Virus record (IMG/VR): IMGVR_UViG_3300023278_002893
Span: 1-64,000 of that record
Direction: 5' to 3' (one strand)
DNA length: 64,000 nt
Part shown: in pieces, positions 8,337-16,527 of the stretch
Layout: each line of letters begins with the position of its first letter
Position numbering within the stretch: position 1 is the stretch's first letter
Notes under the pieces: generated by a model
Seen by the model: the letters and a program-made list of their open reading frames with translations, nothing else
What the model was told of the DNA's origin: nothing
Databases searched by the model: none
Made by a program: the position numbers and the translations under genes

Positions 8337-8513
8337 ATGAAGAAGAACCCCTGCGTGAGGAGATGTGCTGATGTCGATCGCGCAAGGAATATCTGTAAGG
8401 GTTGTGGATTATATCTCAGCGAGCGCGGCCGTTGGTCTCTATTTTCTGAAGAAGATAGGCGGAGAATTCTGGGCCGCATTGTCCTAGAGAAAAGAGCAAG
8501 AAGATCAGAGTAG
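8337..8513 (+). CDS. DUF1289-like small Cys-rich protein, 58 aa
   Basis: PCVRRC...ICKGCGL...E...W.....E.R..IL; not in the ORF track (<60 aa). Confidence 0.7.
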   Translation: MKKNPCVRRCADVDRARNICKGCGLYLSERGRWSLFSEEDRRRILGRIVLEKRARRSE

Positions 8514-8514
8514 A

Positions 8515-8600
8515 GGAGGGGATCCGGCTGGATGAGGAGACAGTCTTGAAAACTGTTGCTCGGTAACGGGTTGGGAGTTCGAGTCTCCCTCCCTCCGCCA
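8515..8600 (+). tRNA. trnS: tRNA-Ser(TGA)
   Basis: GGAGGGG/TCCCTCC, loop CT-TGA-AA, long variable arm, G73, CCA. Confidence 0.92.
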
Positions 8601-8613
8601 AGGAGAACGAGAA

Positions 8614-8796
8614 ATGAAGTGGGTTTGTTACCACTGTAGATCAGAAGTGTTCAGGTTCGAAACGGATTTCAAAGATAAAGTAACCACCAACACCCCTTGT
8701 GGGTGTGTGGGGGCTCCGCGGGAAACCATGGTCGGGCCGCCGGAAGCGTGCCCCGATCTAAAAGACCTTGATGAGCCTCTTGTCAGGGAAGAGTAG
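8614..8796 (+). CDS. small Cys-containing hypothetical protein
   Basis: AGGAG RBS; CYHC...CGC. Confidence 0.5.
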   Translation: MKWVCYHCRSEVFRFETDFKDKVTTNTPCGCVGAPRETMVGPPEACPDLKDLDEPLVREE

Positions 8797-8835
8797 AAAT
8801 ATTTTGTTACTAACGAGTCAAGAAGGAGCAGCACT

Positions 8836-9117
8836 ATGTACCAACGACAACCCGACGATAGAATCCACGTGAAGAATCTCGGATCCTTTACTCCAGATGG
8901 AAAAGGTAAGAGGTTCGTCATCAATTTGAAGCAGGGTGTTCCGAGGAACGCTTGCATCGAAAAGGATCGCGATGGGGTTCTTCGATGCTGGGCAAGCCAC
9001 TCCTGGTTAGACGAAGAAGCGGCCGCCTACGTAAGGGAGAACGCCACATTCAATCCAGAGGGCAACTCCTTCTGCTGGAACGAAGGTGTTCGAGTACAAG
9101 AAACCAGAAAGGGCTAA
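8836..9117 (+). CDS. hypothetical protein
   Basis: AAGGAG RBS. Confidence 0.6.
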   Translation: MYQRQPDDRIHVKNLGSFTPDGKGKRFVINLKQGVPRNACIEKDRDGVLRCWASHSWLDEEAAAYVRENATFNPEGNSFCWNEGVRVQETRKG

Positions 9118-9120
9118 ACC

Positions 9121-9699
9121 GTGGATATGGCGAGTCAGCATTCAGTGATTCATAGGAAGTCGCTCGCCTATACTATGTTCGTTCGAGCGGCAAAGGCACG
9201 TGATGACTTCTTTGGATACAGCAAGGTGGGGGATTTCTCAGCAACGCAGCAGAGATACTTCACAGGTATATCCCATAAGAGATACCTCGGTCTTCTCCTG
9301 ATAGAATACCCGATCATTTGTTTGATCACTCTCGTCAGCTACGCATCGATACCTTTGTCTTTCTTTTACATGGTGCTTCGTGTAGCTCAGGCAAAGGTCG
9401 CCGGGACAATGGGGGGTTGGGAATCGCTTGGATTCATGGCGGAGTTCTTCGGGCTCACTCTATTACTCACCATGCTGGTCATGGCACTCTGGATGGCGGT
9501 TTTATCCTGGGCAAGGAGTGGTCCTAATAGAATCACAAAGATCTTGAAGAGGCATTTCACTCAGTATCATGTGGATCTCATTGAGTCGCCGGAGAAATTT
9601 CCTGGCCCGATCCAGCTGTTCAAGAAGTGGCTCCTGTCGTCTGCGGAAGCCGGACCTGCCCAGATCACATGGGACTCCGGAAGAAAGGACAGGAGTTGA
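9121..9699 (+). CDS. hypothetical membrane protein
   Basis: Two long hydrophobic segments. Confidence 0.6.
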   Translation: MDMASQHSVIHRKSLAYTMFVRAAKARDDFFGYSKVGDFSATQQRYFTGISHKRYLGLLLIEYPIICLITLVSYASIPLSFFYMVLRVAQAKVAGTMGGWESLGFMAEFFGLTLLLTMLVMALWMAVLSWARSGPNRITKILKRHFTQYHVDLIESPEKFPGPIQLFKKWLLSSAEAGPAQITWDSGRKDRS

Positions 9700-10004
9700 T
9701 GAGGATCTTGGAACTAAAGTCATCTGCGGTACTACTGATGGGAATCTTCCTGTACGTCAGCGCATTCAATTACTACTTGGGGAGTGAGGTCGCGGACATC
9801 AAGCGCGACCGAGAGATTGCCCACGAAACTGATCAACGAGAACGTGAAGCGTACATGCAACAGCAGTTGGGATACGCCCGGGAGATGGCTGAGATCCGAG
9901 CGCGCCAATATTCGACCTTGGGGTTTGCATTTCAAGCGGAAGAAACCAGCAGTCGTATGGACATGGTAGAGACCATCGTCCCCCAAGAGGTCGAGAGCCC
10001 CTAG
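9699..10004 (+). CDS. hypothetical protein with N-terminal TM segment and coiled coil
   Basis: AGGAG RBS, TGATG coupling. Confidence 0.6.
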   Translation: MRILELKSSAVLLMGIFLYVSAFNYYLGSEVADIKRDREIAHETDQREREAYMQQQLGYAREMAEIRARQYSTLGFAFQAEETSSRMDMVETIVPQEVESP

Positions 10005-10033
10005 AAAAAAAGTTAGGGTGTAGTATTTATTGA

Positions 10034-10117
10034 TGCCCGGTAGCATAATTGGCAATGCACCGCCCTGTTAAGGCGAGGGGAAACCCCATGTAGGTTCAAG
10101 TCCTACCCGGGCAGCCA
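10034..10117 (+). tRNA. trnN: tRNA-Asn(GTT) with a long variable arm
   Basis: TGCCCGG/CCGGGCA, loop CT-GTT-AA, variable region GGGG-AAA-CCCC-AT, G73, CCA. Confidence 0.9.
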
Positions 10118-10138
10118 GATAATTATAGGAGGTACGAC

Positions 10139-10534
10139 ATGACAGACGTACAGTCGGCTCTACTGTTATTCTTTCTCTTCAACCTCAAGCATCTTGTCGT
10201 AGATTTCTTCGTCCAGAATAGATTCCCTTACATGTGGATGAACAAGCACAACATATTTCATCCCGGAGGTTGGCTACACGCAGGAGGACATGGATTGGCA
10301 TCCTTCCTTTTCTTCAGCCACTTTATGAGTTGGCAAGTAGCGATGCTAGGCTGCACTGCTGAGACCATCATTCATTTCTTCATTGACTGCATCAAGATGA
10401 ACTTCGGGAAGTGGAGGGGGTGGAAATGTAACACCAGTCCCTACTTCTGGGATCTGCTGGGAGTAGATCAGTTTCTTCATCAGGCAACATATATCTGGAT
10501 GATCTATGTCTGGAGTAACGGGATAGGAGTGTAG
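10139..10534 (+). CDS. DUF3307 family membrane protein
   Basis: KHLVVDFFVQ...LHAGGHG...HFFIDCIK...FWDLLGVDQFLH. Confidence 0.8.
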   Translation: MTDVQSALLLFFLFNLKHLVVDFFVQNRFPYMWMNKHNIFHPGGWLHAGGHGLASFLFFSHFMSWQVAMLGCTAETIIHFFIDCIKMNFGKWRGWKCNTSPYFWDLLGVDQFLHQATYIWMIYVWSNGIGV

Positions 10535-10536
10535 TA

Positions 10537-10845
10537 GTGGTGTCGTTATTCGATCCTGCTAAAATGGCAGCGATGGTATTGGAACATATCAATGTCGAAG
10601 ATATCGCCAAGGAAGTGATGCGTAAGTTAGTCATGGAAAACCTTAGAATTTTCCTCATCGTGAGAAACTTTCCGGATAGCGAGTGCTACGACTTCGAAGG
10701 AATGGCTTACGACAGGGCCGCAGCCAAAAAACTCGCGGCGGAAATCAGTAAAGTTTCCAACTTCGAATGCAAAGTCTTAGAACTGGACATGGGCAAACTC
10801 GCATTTCTCGCCGAGCGCATCCGCGCAGCAGAAGAGGTAACCTAA
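10537..10845 (+). CDS. hypothetical protein
   Basis: 102 aa, TAATG coupling to the next ORF. Confidence 0.55.
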   Translation: MVSLFDPAKMAAMVLEHINVEDIAKEVMRKLVMENLRIFLIVRNFPDSECYDFEGMAYDRAAAKKLAAEISKVSNFECKVLELDMGKLAFLAERIRAAEEVT

Positions 10846-11330
10846 TGGCTAAAGTCACTCTATCCATCATGCCCACAAGTAATGCCATATTTAGCGGGGG
10901 TCAGATAGGACTCGACGTCGTGTCCGGAAAAGTGTTCAATTCTGATCATGGGAACATACCTAAATCCAAGATTATCGGGACGGCAGTATTTTCCGTCTCC
11001 GATACACAAATAGCCAAAGGTGCTACCGTAACTGTAGATCTCCTACCGAAGCACGACGAGGTTATATCACTCCCCGTTAGTGACGTTTCTCAGGGTGTGC
11101 ACCCACCATTCCCTGAGCATGACGTAAGACAACCTCCACTGGCGCTGGAATACAGGGAAGCCGGGAAGTACCACAACCACCCGAACATAACGGAAAGCGA
11201 AGAGGTCGTAGAACTTACCCCCCAAGAAATAAGTCTCATCTGTTCCTGTATAAAGACATCGATCAGCAGAAACGACATGGTCTCTCCTGCGAAGGAAATT
11301 CTTTTAGAGGTAATCGAAAAGCTTAGTTGA
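10845..11330 (+). CDS. hypothetical protein
   Basis: ATG at 10845 (MAKVTLSIMP). Confidence 0.55.
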   Translation: MAKVTLSIMPTSNAIFSGGQIGLDVVSGKVFNSDHGNIPKSKIIGTAVFSVSDTQIAKGATVTVDLLPKHDEVISLPVSDVSQGVHPPFPEHDVRQPPLALEYREAGKYHNHPNITESEEVVELTPQEISLICSCIKTSISRNDMVSPAKEILLEVIEKLS

Positions 11331-11469
11331 ACAACGAGGTGTGATAATGCCATTCAGGTGAGTCAGATCTTACCGGGCTGTAGGGTAGCGGTCACCCACT
11401 TCGTTTGGACCGAACAAGAAGATCTTGATACTTTTGATAGTCTGATAGAGAAACTGATTAACTGAGGGG

Positions 11470-11742
11470 ATGATTCCCCTTATGATTGAACTGAGGAGAA
11501 GTATTATGTCGAAAGAAAGAAACAACTATTTTGGTATGAAAGATGTACAGCCCAGCCCCCTGCCCAAGAACGTTCCCCTGGAGGTTTGCGCAACAGTCGG
11601 TCTCAAGATGAGCTTGGCACAGTTTGAGGAGTTCCTCGATGAAGCAGAGCCGTTCCTGGAGAAAGCGAAGGCGTCGGGGCACAGTGAGGTGTCGTTAACC
11701 AGCTTCCGGAAATATGGGAACCTGAACGTCACCAGTAGGTAA
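11470..11742 (+). CDS. hypothetical protein
   Basis: 90 aa; the start may be ATG 11506. Confidence 0.55.
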   Translation: MIPLMIELRRSIMSKERNNYFGMKDVQPSPLPKNVPLEVCATVGLKMSLAQFEEFLDEAEPFLEKAKASGHSEVSLTSFRKYGNLNVTSR

Positions 11743-11765
11743 CCCTTTTATTAAAGGAGAGAAAG

Positions 11766-12164
11766 ATGGACGTTACATTTGAGTCAGGAAATCTAGGAGA
11801 CATAGTCCAAGCGAAGGAGCACGAAGTTTGGCAGAATGGCACACGGAAAGGTAAAAAGCACAATGCACTTGATGTAAATGTAGGCGACTTGGTATACATC
11901 TTCCCGACCGCGAGTGCTGCAACTCTAGCAGGTCGGGAAATAGAAGATCTTTTCATCTTGACCGCCAGGCTCAAGAGAATAGATCCCCCCGGTACCCACG
12001 ACATAAAATGGGTCGGCGAAGTAGAGTACCCTGAATCCGACACCTACATCTTGGAAAATTGTGTTCTGTCTCTAATTGGAGAGGTGGATCCCGAAGCAGT
12101 GAGTGCAAAAGCCCAAGGTCGGGGATTAAAATACGTCAAGAGGGGAGCTGCGGCGGCTGAATGA
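11766..12164 (+). CDS. hypothetical protein
   Basis: AAGGAG RBS. Confidence 0.65.
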   Translation: MDVTFESGNLGDIVQAKEHEVWQNGTRKGKKHNALDVNVGDLVYIFPTASAATLAGREIEDLFILTARLKRIDPPGTHDIKWVGEVEYPESDTYILENCVLSLIGEVDPEAVSAKAQGRGLKYVKRGAAAAE

Positions 12165-12189
12165 TCCTGAAAAGGGAGCACAGATTACA

Positions 12190-12405
12190 ATGAAAGAATT
12201 CGAACAACGGTACATGGAGCAGACGGACAAGAGATTAAAGGGTGAGGGGAACCGGACGCACAGAAGCGATAACAGTAGCATAAGGAGCGATCTTGCCCTA
12301 CTCGCCATCGATCAGCCTGAGTTGGCATCCCTTCTCGAAAGAATTTTCGAGCGAGCAAACGAAGCGGACTACAGAAGCTACTTGGGAAAGGAACTGTTCG
12401 AGTAG
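12190..12405 (+). CDS. hypothetical protein
   Basis: GGGAG RBS. Confidence 0.55.
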   Translation: MKEFEQRYMEQTDKRLKGEGNRTHRSDNSSIRSDLALLAIDQPELASLLERIFERANEADYRSYLGKELFE

Positions 12406-12416
12406 GATTAGCAAAA

Positions 12417-13058
12417 ATGGTAGGAAGATACAGCAACAACCTAAAAGAAAGATTTTGGAAGAAGGTAAGGAAAACCAGAGGTTGTTGGTACTGGGAGGGC
12501 TCCGGTACTGTACGCGTATCTAGAAACCAAAAGAACAGTAGGATTACTCCAAAAAGATTGGCATATAGATTGACCAAGGGGTATGTTTCAAACAACACAT
12601 ACCTAATTGCCACCTGCAAGAATACCGATTGTGTCAATCCCGACCACCAGGTACTACAAGCTAAAAGAAGCAGGCTCAGAAAGTGTGCCCATTGTGGGAG
12701 GCCTGTAACCAAGGGACTCTCTCAGATAAGCAGAAGCGAATCCGGCAGAGTCTTCTGCAACAGATCCTGCTCCACCAGTTACAACAACAAAGGTAAGCAA
12801 CGATTTAGGATAAGGGGCTGGGAAGAAATACGAAGCCGGGGAAGCACAAAAAGAAAATGGATAAGTGAGGGTCGTTCTCTTAGGTGTGAAGAATGCGGAT
12901 TCAACGGAACGGAAAAGCCTTGGTGTGTAGAGATAGACCACATAATACCCATGCACTTAGGCGGGCAAACACTTCCAGAAAATCTACAGCCCTTGTGTTT
13001 GAATTGTCATATGGATAAGACAGTCCAAGAACACAAAACAAGGGCGAGCGGCGTGTAG
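12417..13058 (+). CDS. HNH endonuclease with two HNH-type modules and a zinc ribbon
   Basis: RFWKKV...GCWYW...CKNTDCVNPDH; CAHCG...FCNRSC; CEECG...EIDHIIPMHLGG...NLQPLCLNCH. Confidence 0.88.
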   Translation: MVGRYSNNLKERFWKKVRKTRGCWYWEGSGTVRVSRNQKNSRITPKRLAYRLTKGYVSNNTYLIATCKNTDCVNPDHQVLQAKRSRLRKCAHCGRPVTKGLSQISRSESGRVFCNRSCSTSYNNKGKQRFRIRGWEEIRSRGSTKRKWISEGRSLRCEECGFNGTEKPWCVEIDHIIPMHLGGQTLPENLQPLCLNCHMDKTVQEHKTRASGV

Positions 13059-13125
13059 CGCAGTTTGGCAGCGCACCTGGCCTGGGCCCAGGGGGTCGTA
13101 GGTTCGAATCCTACCACGCCGACCA
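13049..13125 (+). tRNA. trnP: tRNA-Pro(TGG), C at position 33
   Basis: CGGCGTG/CACGCCG, stem CCTGG/CCAGG, loop CC-TGG-GC, CCA. Confidence 0.9.
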
Positions 13126-13135
13126 GGAGATTATT

Positions 13136-13390
13136 ATGTATGAAGCAGATGAGTCACTTATTCTACAAGTAAAAGCCAAAATCAAGGGCGCGAATGAAAT
13201 TCACGGTATGAATGGTAAGATAGGTTTGTATCGCAATTACTTATTCGCAGCCAACCGATTCGGAATGAACGAGAATCGGGCAGAAGGGATTGATCTCTCG
13301 CACAGGCTCCTGCAAATCTTTGTAAGCACGGGGGAGATTGTGAATCTGGAAGAGGTTCGCAGAAGGAAAGCCGAAGTAGAGAACTTGTAG
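13136..13390 (+). CDS. hypothetical protein
   Basis: AGGAG RBS. Confidence 0.6.
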   Translation: MYEADESLILQVKAKIKGANEIHGMNGKIGLYRNYLFAANRFGMNENRAEGIDLSHRLLQIFVSTGEIVNLEEVRRRKAEVENL

Positions 13391-13400
13391 AGGAGGCCCC

Positions 13401-13691
13401 ATGTTAATTCTAAAACATTGGTTCTTATTTCTGCTTCTGCTTTGGTGCGCAGCTGCTGTGCTCGGGCCTCGGTTAGACATTATGTGTATAGAGGGTAGGT
13501 TCTCGGCGGAACAAGCAGAGGAGATGAACTCCAGCGAGTGGGGTAAGTGCCCCAAGTATCGCAACGGTAACTGTAATGCTGATGAGGGAGATCGTATCTG
13601 GGCTCGGGAGTGTAGTGAGTTCGGAAAGGCTCTGTTCCTACAAGAATACATTCCAGACATCAAGAAATGGTGGAGAGACCGACAGCAGTAG
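13401..13691 (+). CDS. hypothetical secreted or membrane-anchored protein
   Basis: GGAGG RBS, hydrophobic N-terminus. Confidence 0.55.
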   Translation: MLILKHWFLFLLLLWCAAAVLGPRLDIMCIEGRFSAEQAEEMNSSEWGKCPKYRNGNCNADEGDRIWARECSEFGKALFLQEYIPDIKKWWRDRQQ

Positions 13692-13698
13692 ATAATAT

Positions 13699-13776
13699 GT
13701 TGGCCGTAGCTTAATTGGTTAAAGTACCTGGTTGTGATCCAGGGGATTGCGAGTTCAAATCTCGTCGGCCAACCCA
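13699..13776 (+). tRNA. trnH: tRNA-His(GTG)
   Basis: Encoded G-1, TTGGCCG/CGGCCAA, C73, loop TT-GTG-AT, CCA. Confidence 0.95.
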
Positions 13777-13789
13777 AGAAGTGGGGAGC

Positions 13790-13861
13790 GTTTCGGTAGC
13801 CAAGTTGGTAAGGCTGTTGCCTGCAAAGCAATGAGCGTGAGTTCGAGTCTCACCCGGACCT
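13790..13861 (+). tRNA. trnC: tRNA-Cys(GCA)
   Basis: GTTTCGG/CCGGACC (one mismatch), loop CT-GCA-AA, U73, followed by CAA. Confidence 0.85.
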
Positions 13862-13876
13862 CAAGGAGAACGTCAC

Positions 13877-14320
13877 ATGAACGTTTATAACCTGGTCGTT
13901 ACGAACACCGACGTAAATGAAATATTATTTAGCGAGGTGTGGAGCACCAGAGCGAACGCGATTCATTCACTGGGGAATTGGGTCAAAGACGAGTGGGATT
14001 CCGAAATACTAGGCGACATTAATGATTTCGATGGGCGTGTGGAGGAGATTGTAGAATACTTCTTCGATCACGAAGAGGATTTTCTCTTCTACTTAGAAGC
14101 GGTCAAGGCGCCGAAAGAAGCAGAACACGTCAGTGATGAAGTCCTCCTTACTCCAGGTATGTGTGGAATTATTGAAACTGCCCTGAATTACGTAGGTTAC
14201 GTTGATGCGGCGGCGATCTTAGTGGAATGTAAAGAACTCCCGAGTGCGGTGCCGGCCGTCGAGTGTGTGGCCGCCGGGCGTGCTATGATTGAAAAGCTCA
14301 TAGAAGAGTTTCGGCAGTAA
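13877..14320 (+). CDS. hypothetical protein
   Basis: AAGGAG RBS, 147 aa. Confidence 0.65.
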   Translation: MNVYNLVVTNTDVNEILFSEVWSTRANAIHSLGNWVKDEWDSEILGDINDFDGRVEEIVEYFFDHEEDFLFYLEAVKAPKEAEHVSDEVLLTPGMCGIIETALNYVGYVDAAAILVECKELPSAVPAVECVAAGRAMIEKLIEEFRQ

Positions 14321-14334
14321 AAAGGAAAAGACAT

Positions 14335-14802
14335 ATGACATTTATGGGGCCGGGAATTCTTCAGTATCTACAAATGATGGGTGGGGTGCCGGCGGGAACG
14401 AATGTTCCCTCCAGCGGAACAGGTGAGTCTGCCAGCGGTTCCGGATACTTGGCCGGATGGCTTCCAGGTTCGAATCCGTATTACTCTCCCAATCCGTGCT
14501 CTCCCGAAGAGTTAGGATTACCCCCCACTCATTTTTACTTGGTACTATCTTTTCCCGCAGGAGATTATGCGGATAAGATGGATGTTCATCCTAAATATCC
14601 AATGTTAGTTCCTGCATCAGATACTACTCCTGATATACTTGGAGTCTTTTCTGGAGAAAAGGCAGCCAATAAAGAGATGGCGGCGGATAAAGATAATGTT
14701 CATCTTATGTATAATCTTAGGCTAAGAGGCTATGATAAAGTAAATAGCTTCTTAGAGTTTTGTGCGGAAAATGATATAATAGTACCTATAACAGGTAGGT
14801 GA
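14335..14802 (+). CDS. hypothetical protein
   Basis: 155 aa. Confidence 0.55.
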   Translation: MTFMGPGILQYLQMMGGVPAGTNVPSSGTGESASGSGYLAGWLPGSNPYYSPNPCSPEELGLPPTHFYLVLSFPAGDYADKMDVHPKYPMLVPASDTTPDILGVFSGEKAANKEMAADKDNVHLMYNLRLRGYDKVNSFLEFCAENDIIVPITGR

Positions 14803-14996
14803 TGGAAGATTTTGTTTCCGCCGCGAAAAAAAATAACAACCAACTCTTTGTAATGGGATTGGATCAAGAAGAATTAGGTCACCAGCAATGGATCCGGGAG
14901 ATAGAAGGATCAGGCCCCGTAGAAGTCATGCTGCTGACGTACGACCCGAACTTTGAGAACAAGAAAGGGACAAGGATTTACGTTCTGAAGGAGTAG
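14799..14996 (+). CDS. hypothetical protein
   Basis: GTGA overlap. Confidence 0.5.
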   Translation: MMEDFVSAAKKNNNQLFVMGLDQEELGHQQWIREIEGSGPVEVMLLTYDPNFENKKGTRIYVLKE

Positions 14997-14998
14997 AG

Positions 14999-15160
14999 AT
15001 GCTAGAATCTCTCACCGACGAAGAGTTAATCATCTTCCTGAAGGTAAGAATGGGACAAGAAATAACGGACGCAGAGACACGTGTGTCTCTAGCGGCCATA
15101 GAAAGGGAGTGTCCAATGTTCTTCTACGACCAAATGATGTCGGAAGGACTTATAGATTAG
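14999..15160 (+). CDS. hypothetical protein, 53 aa
   Basis: AGGAG RBS; MLESLTDEELIIFLKVR...; the last base of its stop is tRNA-Lys nt 1. Confidence 0.55.
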   Translation: MLESLTDEELIIFLKVRMGQEITDAETRVSLAAIERECPMFFYDQMMSEGLID

Positions 15161-15236
15161 GGCCGTTAGCACAACCAGGCAGTGCAAGAGACTTTTAATC
15201 TCTAGGTTCCGGGTTCGAATCCCGGGCGGCTCACCA
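15160..15236 (+). tRNA. trnK: tRNA-Lys(TTT)
   Basis: GGGCCGT/GCGGCTC, loop CT-TTT-AA, CCA. Confidence 0.93.
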
Positions 15237-15251
15237 ATAGGAGAACTACAC

Positions 15252-15617
15252 ATGTGGGATCCAAATCCAACTAACTGGAAGCTGATTACTGGCTGGCTGC
15301 TCGTCGCATTAGTGATATCCGTATGTGTGTCGGCGTGCGACGGATCTACCAAGGAAGAGCGTAGAGCGGCCCGTTATGCCATTTGTAAATTCCAAGAAGG
15401 CGAGCTGGTAAGATCCAAACTTAGCGGGGATCGGGGTCAGATAACCGATAGGATCAGATTTAGCAGCGATAATTATTGCTACTACCACGTACGTTTCGTG
15501 GGGAGACAAGAAACTACAGACTCTCGAATTCTGAGCAATGATGGGCCGATTGCAGTGACTCCCCTAACGGTGATCAAGTATATGCGTTCGTATGAACTGG
15601 AACCCTGGGGAGAGTAG
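15252..15617 (+). CDS. putative lipoprotein
   Basis: Hydrophobic leader ending in VSAC (lipobox-like). Confidence 0.6.
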   Translation: MWDPNPTNWKLITGWLLVALVISVCVSACDGSTKEERRAARYAICKFQEGELVRSKLSGDRGQITDRIRFSSDNYCYYHVRFVGRQETTDSRILSNDGPIAVTPLTVIKYMRSYELEPWGE

Positions 15618-15707
15618 AGAGATGAAACCTATTACTTTCATACTATGTGTCGGTGTTCTGGCGTTGGTAATCTCCTCACCAATCATCTTCTCGGGGTGGT
15701 AAATTTC

Positions 15708-15962
15708 ATGAGGCGGATCAAATTTTATCTCGGCAAAATAAATCTCCTAGCCCACTTCATCTGGTGGAGGAAATGGAAACTCGTTCGAGACGAGTGGAAC
15801 ATGACCTATGAAGAACTGGAAGATGCCAAGAAGCGCCTTCCTGAAATAGAGCAGGAAGCAATCGAACGCCTCCTAAATCTCTTAGAGGAAACAGAATGTG
15901 ACGAAGGAGCAACGACCAAAACGGATACGTCAATTTTCCCACCGACAGCGAAGAATTTATAA
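15708..15962 (+). CDS. hypothetical protein
   Basis: ATG at 15708 (MRRIKFY). Confidence 0.5.
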   Translation: MRRIKFYLGKINLLAHFIWWRKWKLVRDEWNMTYEELEDAKKRLPEIEQEAIERLLNLLEETECDEGATTKTDTSIFPPTAKNL

Positions 15963-15979
15963 GCTCCAGAGAGGGAGGA

Positions 15980-16288
15980 GTGTTCGTCTGCTTGGTAGTA
16001 GTGGAACCTGACGGTGAGTTCGACGACAGGTGGCCTGTCTGCTGTATCAATCCCATATTCGTTTCTTTGAGCGACGGGATAGTTGGTGACGATGTCATTC
16101 CTACTCCCCCCATGCCTGACTTTGATTCAGTGGAAAATATAACACAGATGGCCGATATGATGGCCGCGGAAAAGGCAGCCCATCCAGAAACGTTCCACTA
16201 TCCCAACGAAGGGGATGGTTGTATTCGATACCCTCAAGGTGTATCAAGTTGCTTAGGAGACTTAAATGTCACACATCAACAGACGTGA
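15980..16288 (+). CDS. hypothetical protein
   Basis: GGAGG RBS. Confidence 0.5.
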   Translation: MFVCLVVVEPDGEFDDRWPVCCINPIFVSLSDGIVGDDVIPTPPMPDFDSVENITQMADMMAAEKAAHPETFHYPNEGDGCIRYPQGVSSCLGDLNVTHQQT

Positions 16289-16481
16289 GTTCATAAAGAA
16301 TTCTGCTACCCTCGTGGGTGCTGTGGTATTAGCTCTAATAGTTCGGGTCTTTCCTGTACCCGTAACAACACCACCGCTAGAGTCTGGGACCTACGAAGCT
16401 ATTGCCGAGAGTCTCGTAACCCCAATACTACAGGAAATCGGAGAAGCATCCGTCATGCGTAAAATCGTGGCGGTAAGATAG
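16266..16481 (+). CDS. small protein with a twin-arginine (Tat)-like signal
   Basis: INRREFIK followed by a hydrophobic stretch. Confidence 0.6.
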   Translation: MSHINRREFIKNSATLVGAVVLALIVRVFPVPVTTPPLESGTYEAIAESLVTPILQEIGEASVMRKIVAVR

Positions 16482-16527
16482 GCAAAAAGGGAAATCAATC
16501 CCCAACCAGTACAGAAGGAAGAAGAAA

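Noticed and set aside
14464-14480. GGTTCGAATCC T-loop-like string
   Set aside because: Lies inside a CDS with only 2 bp of stem and no D-arm or acceptor
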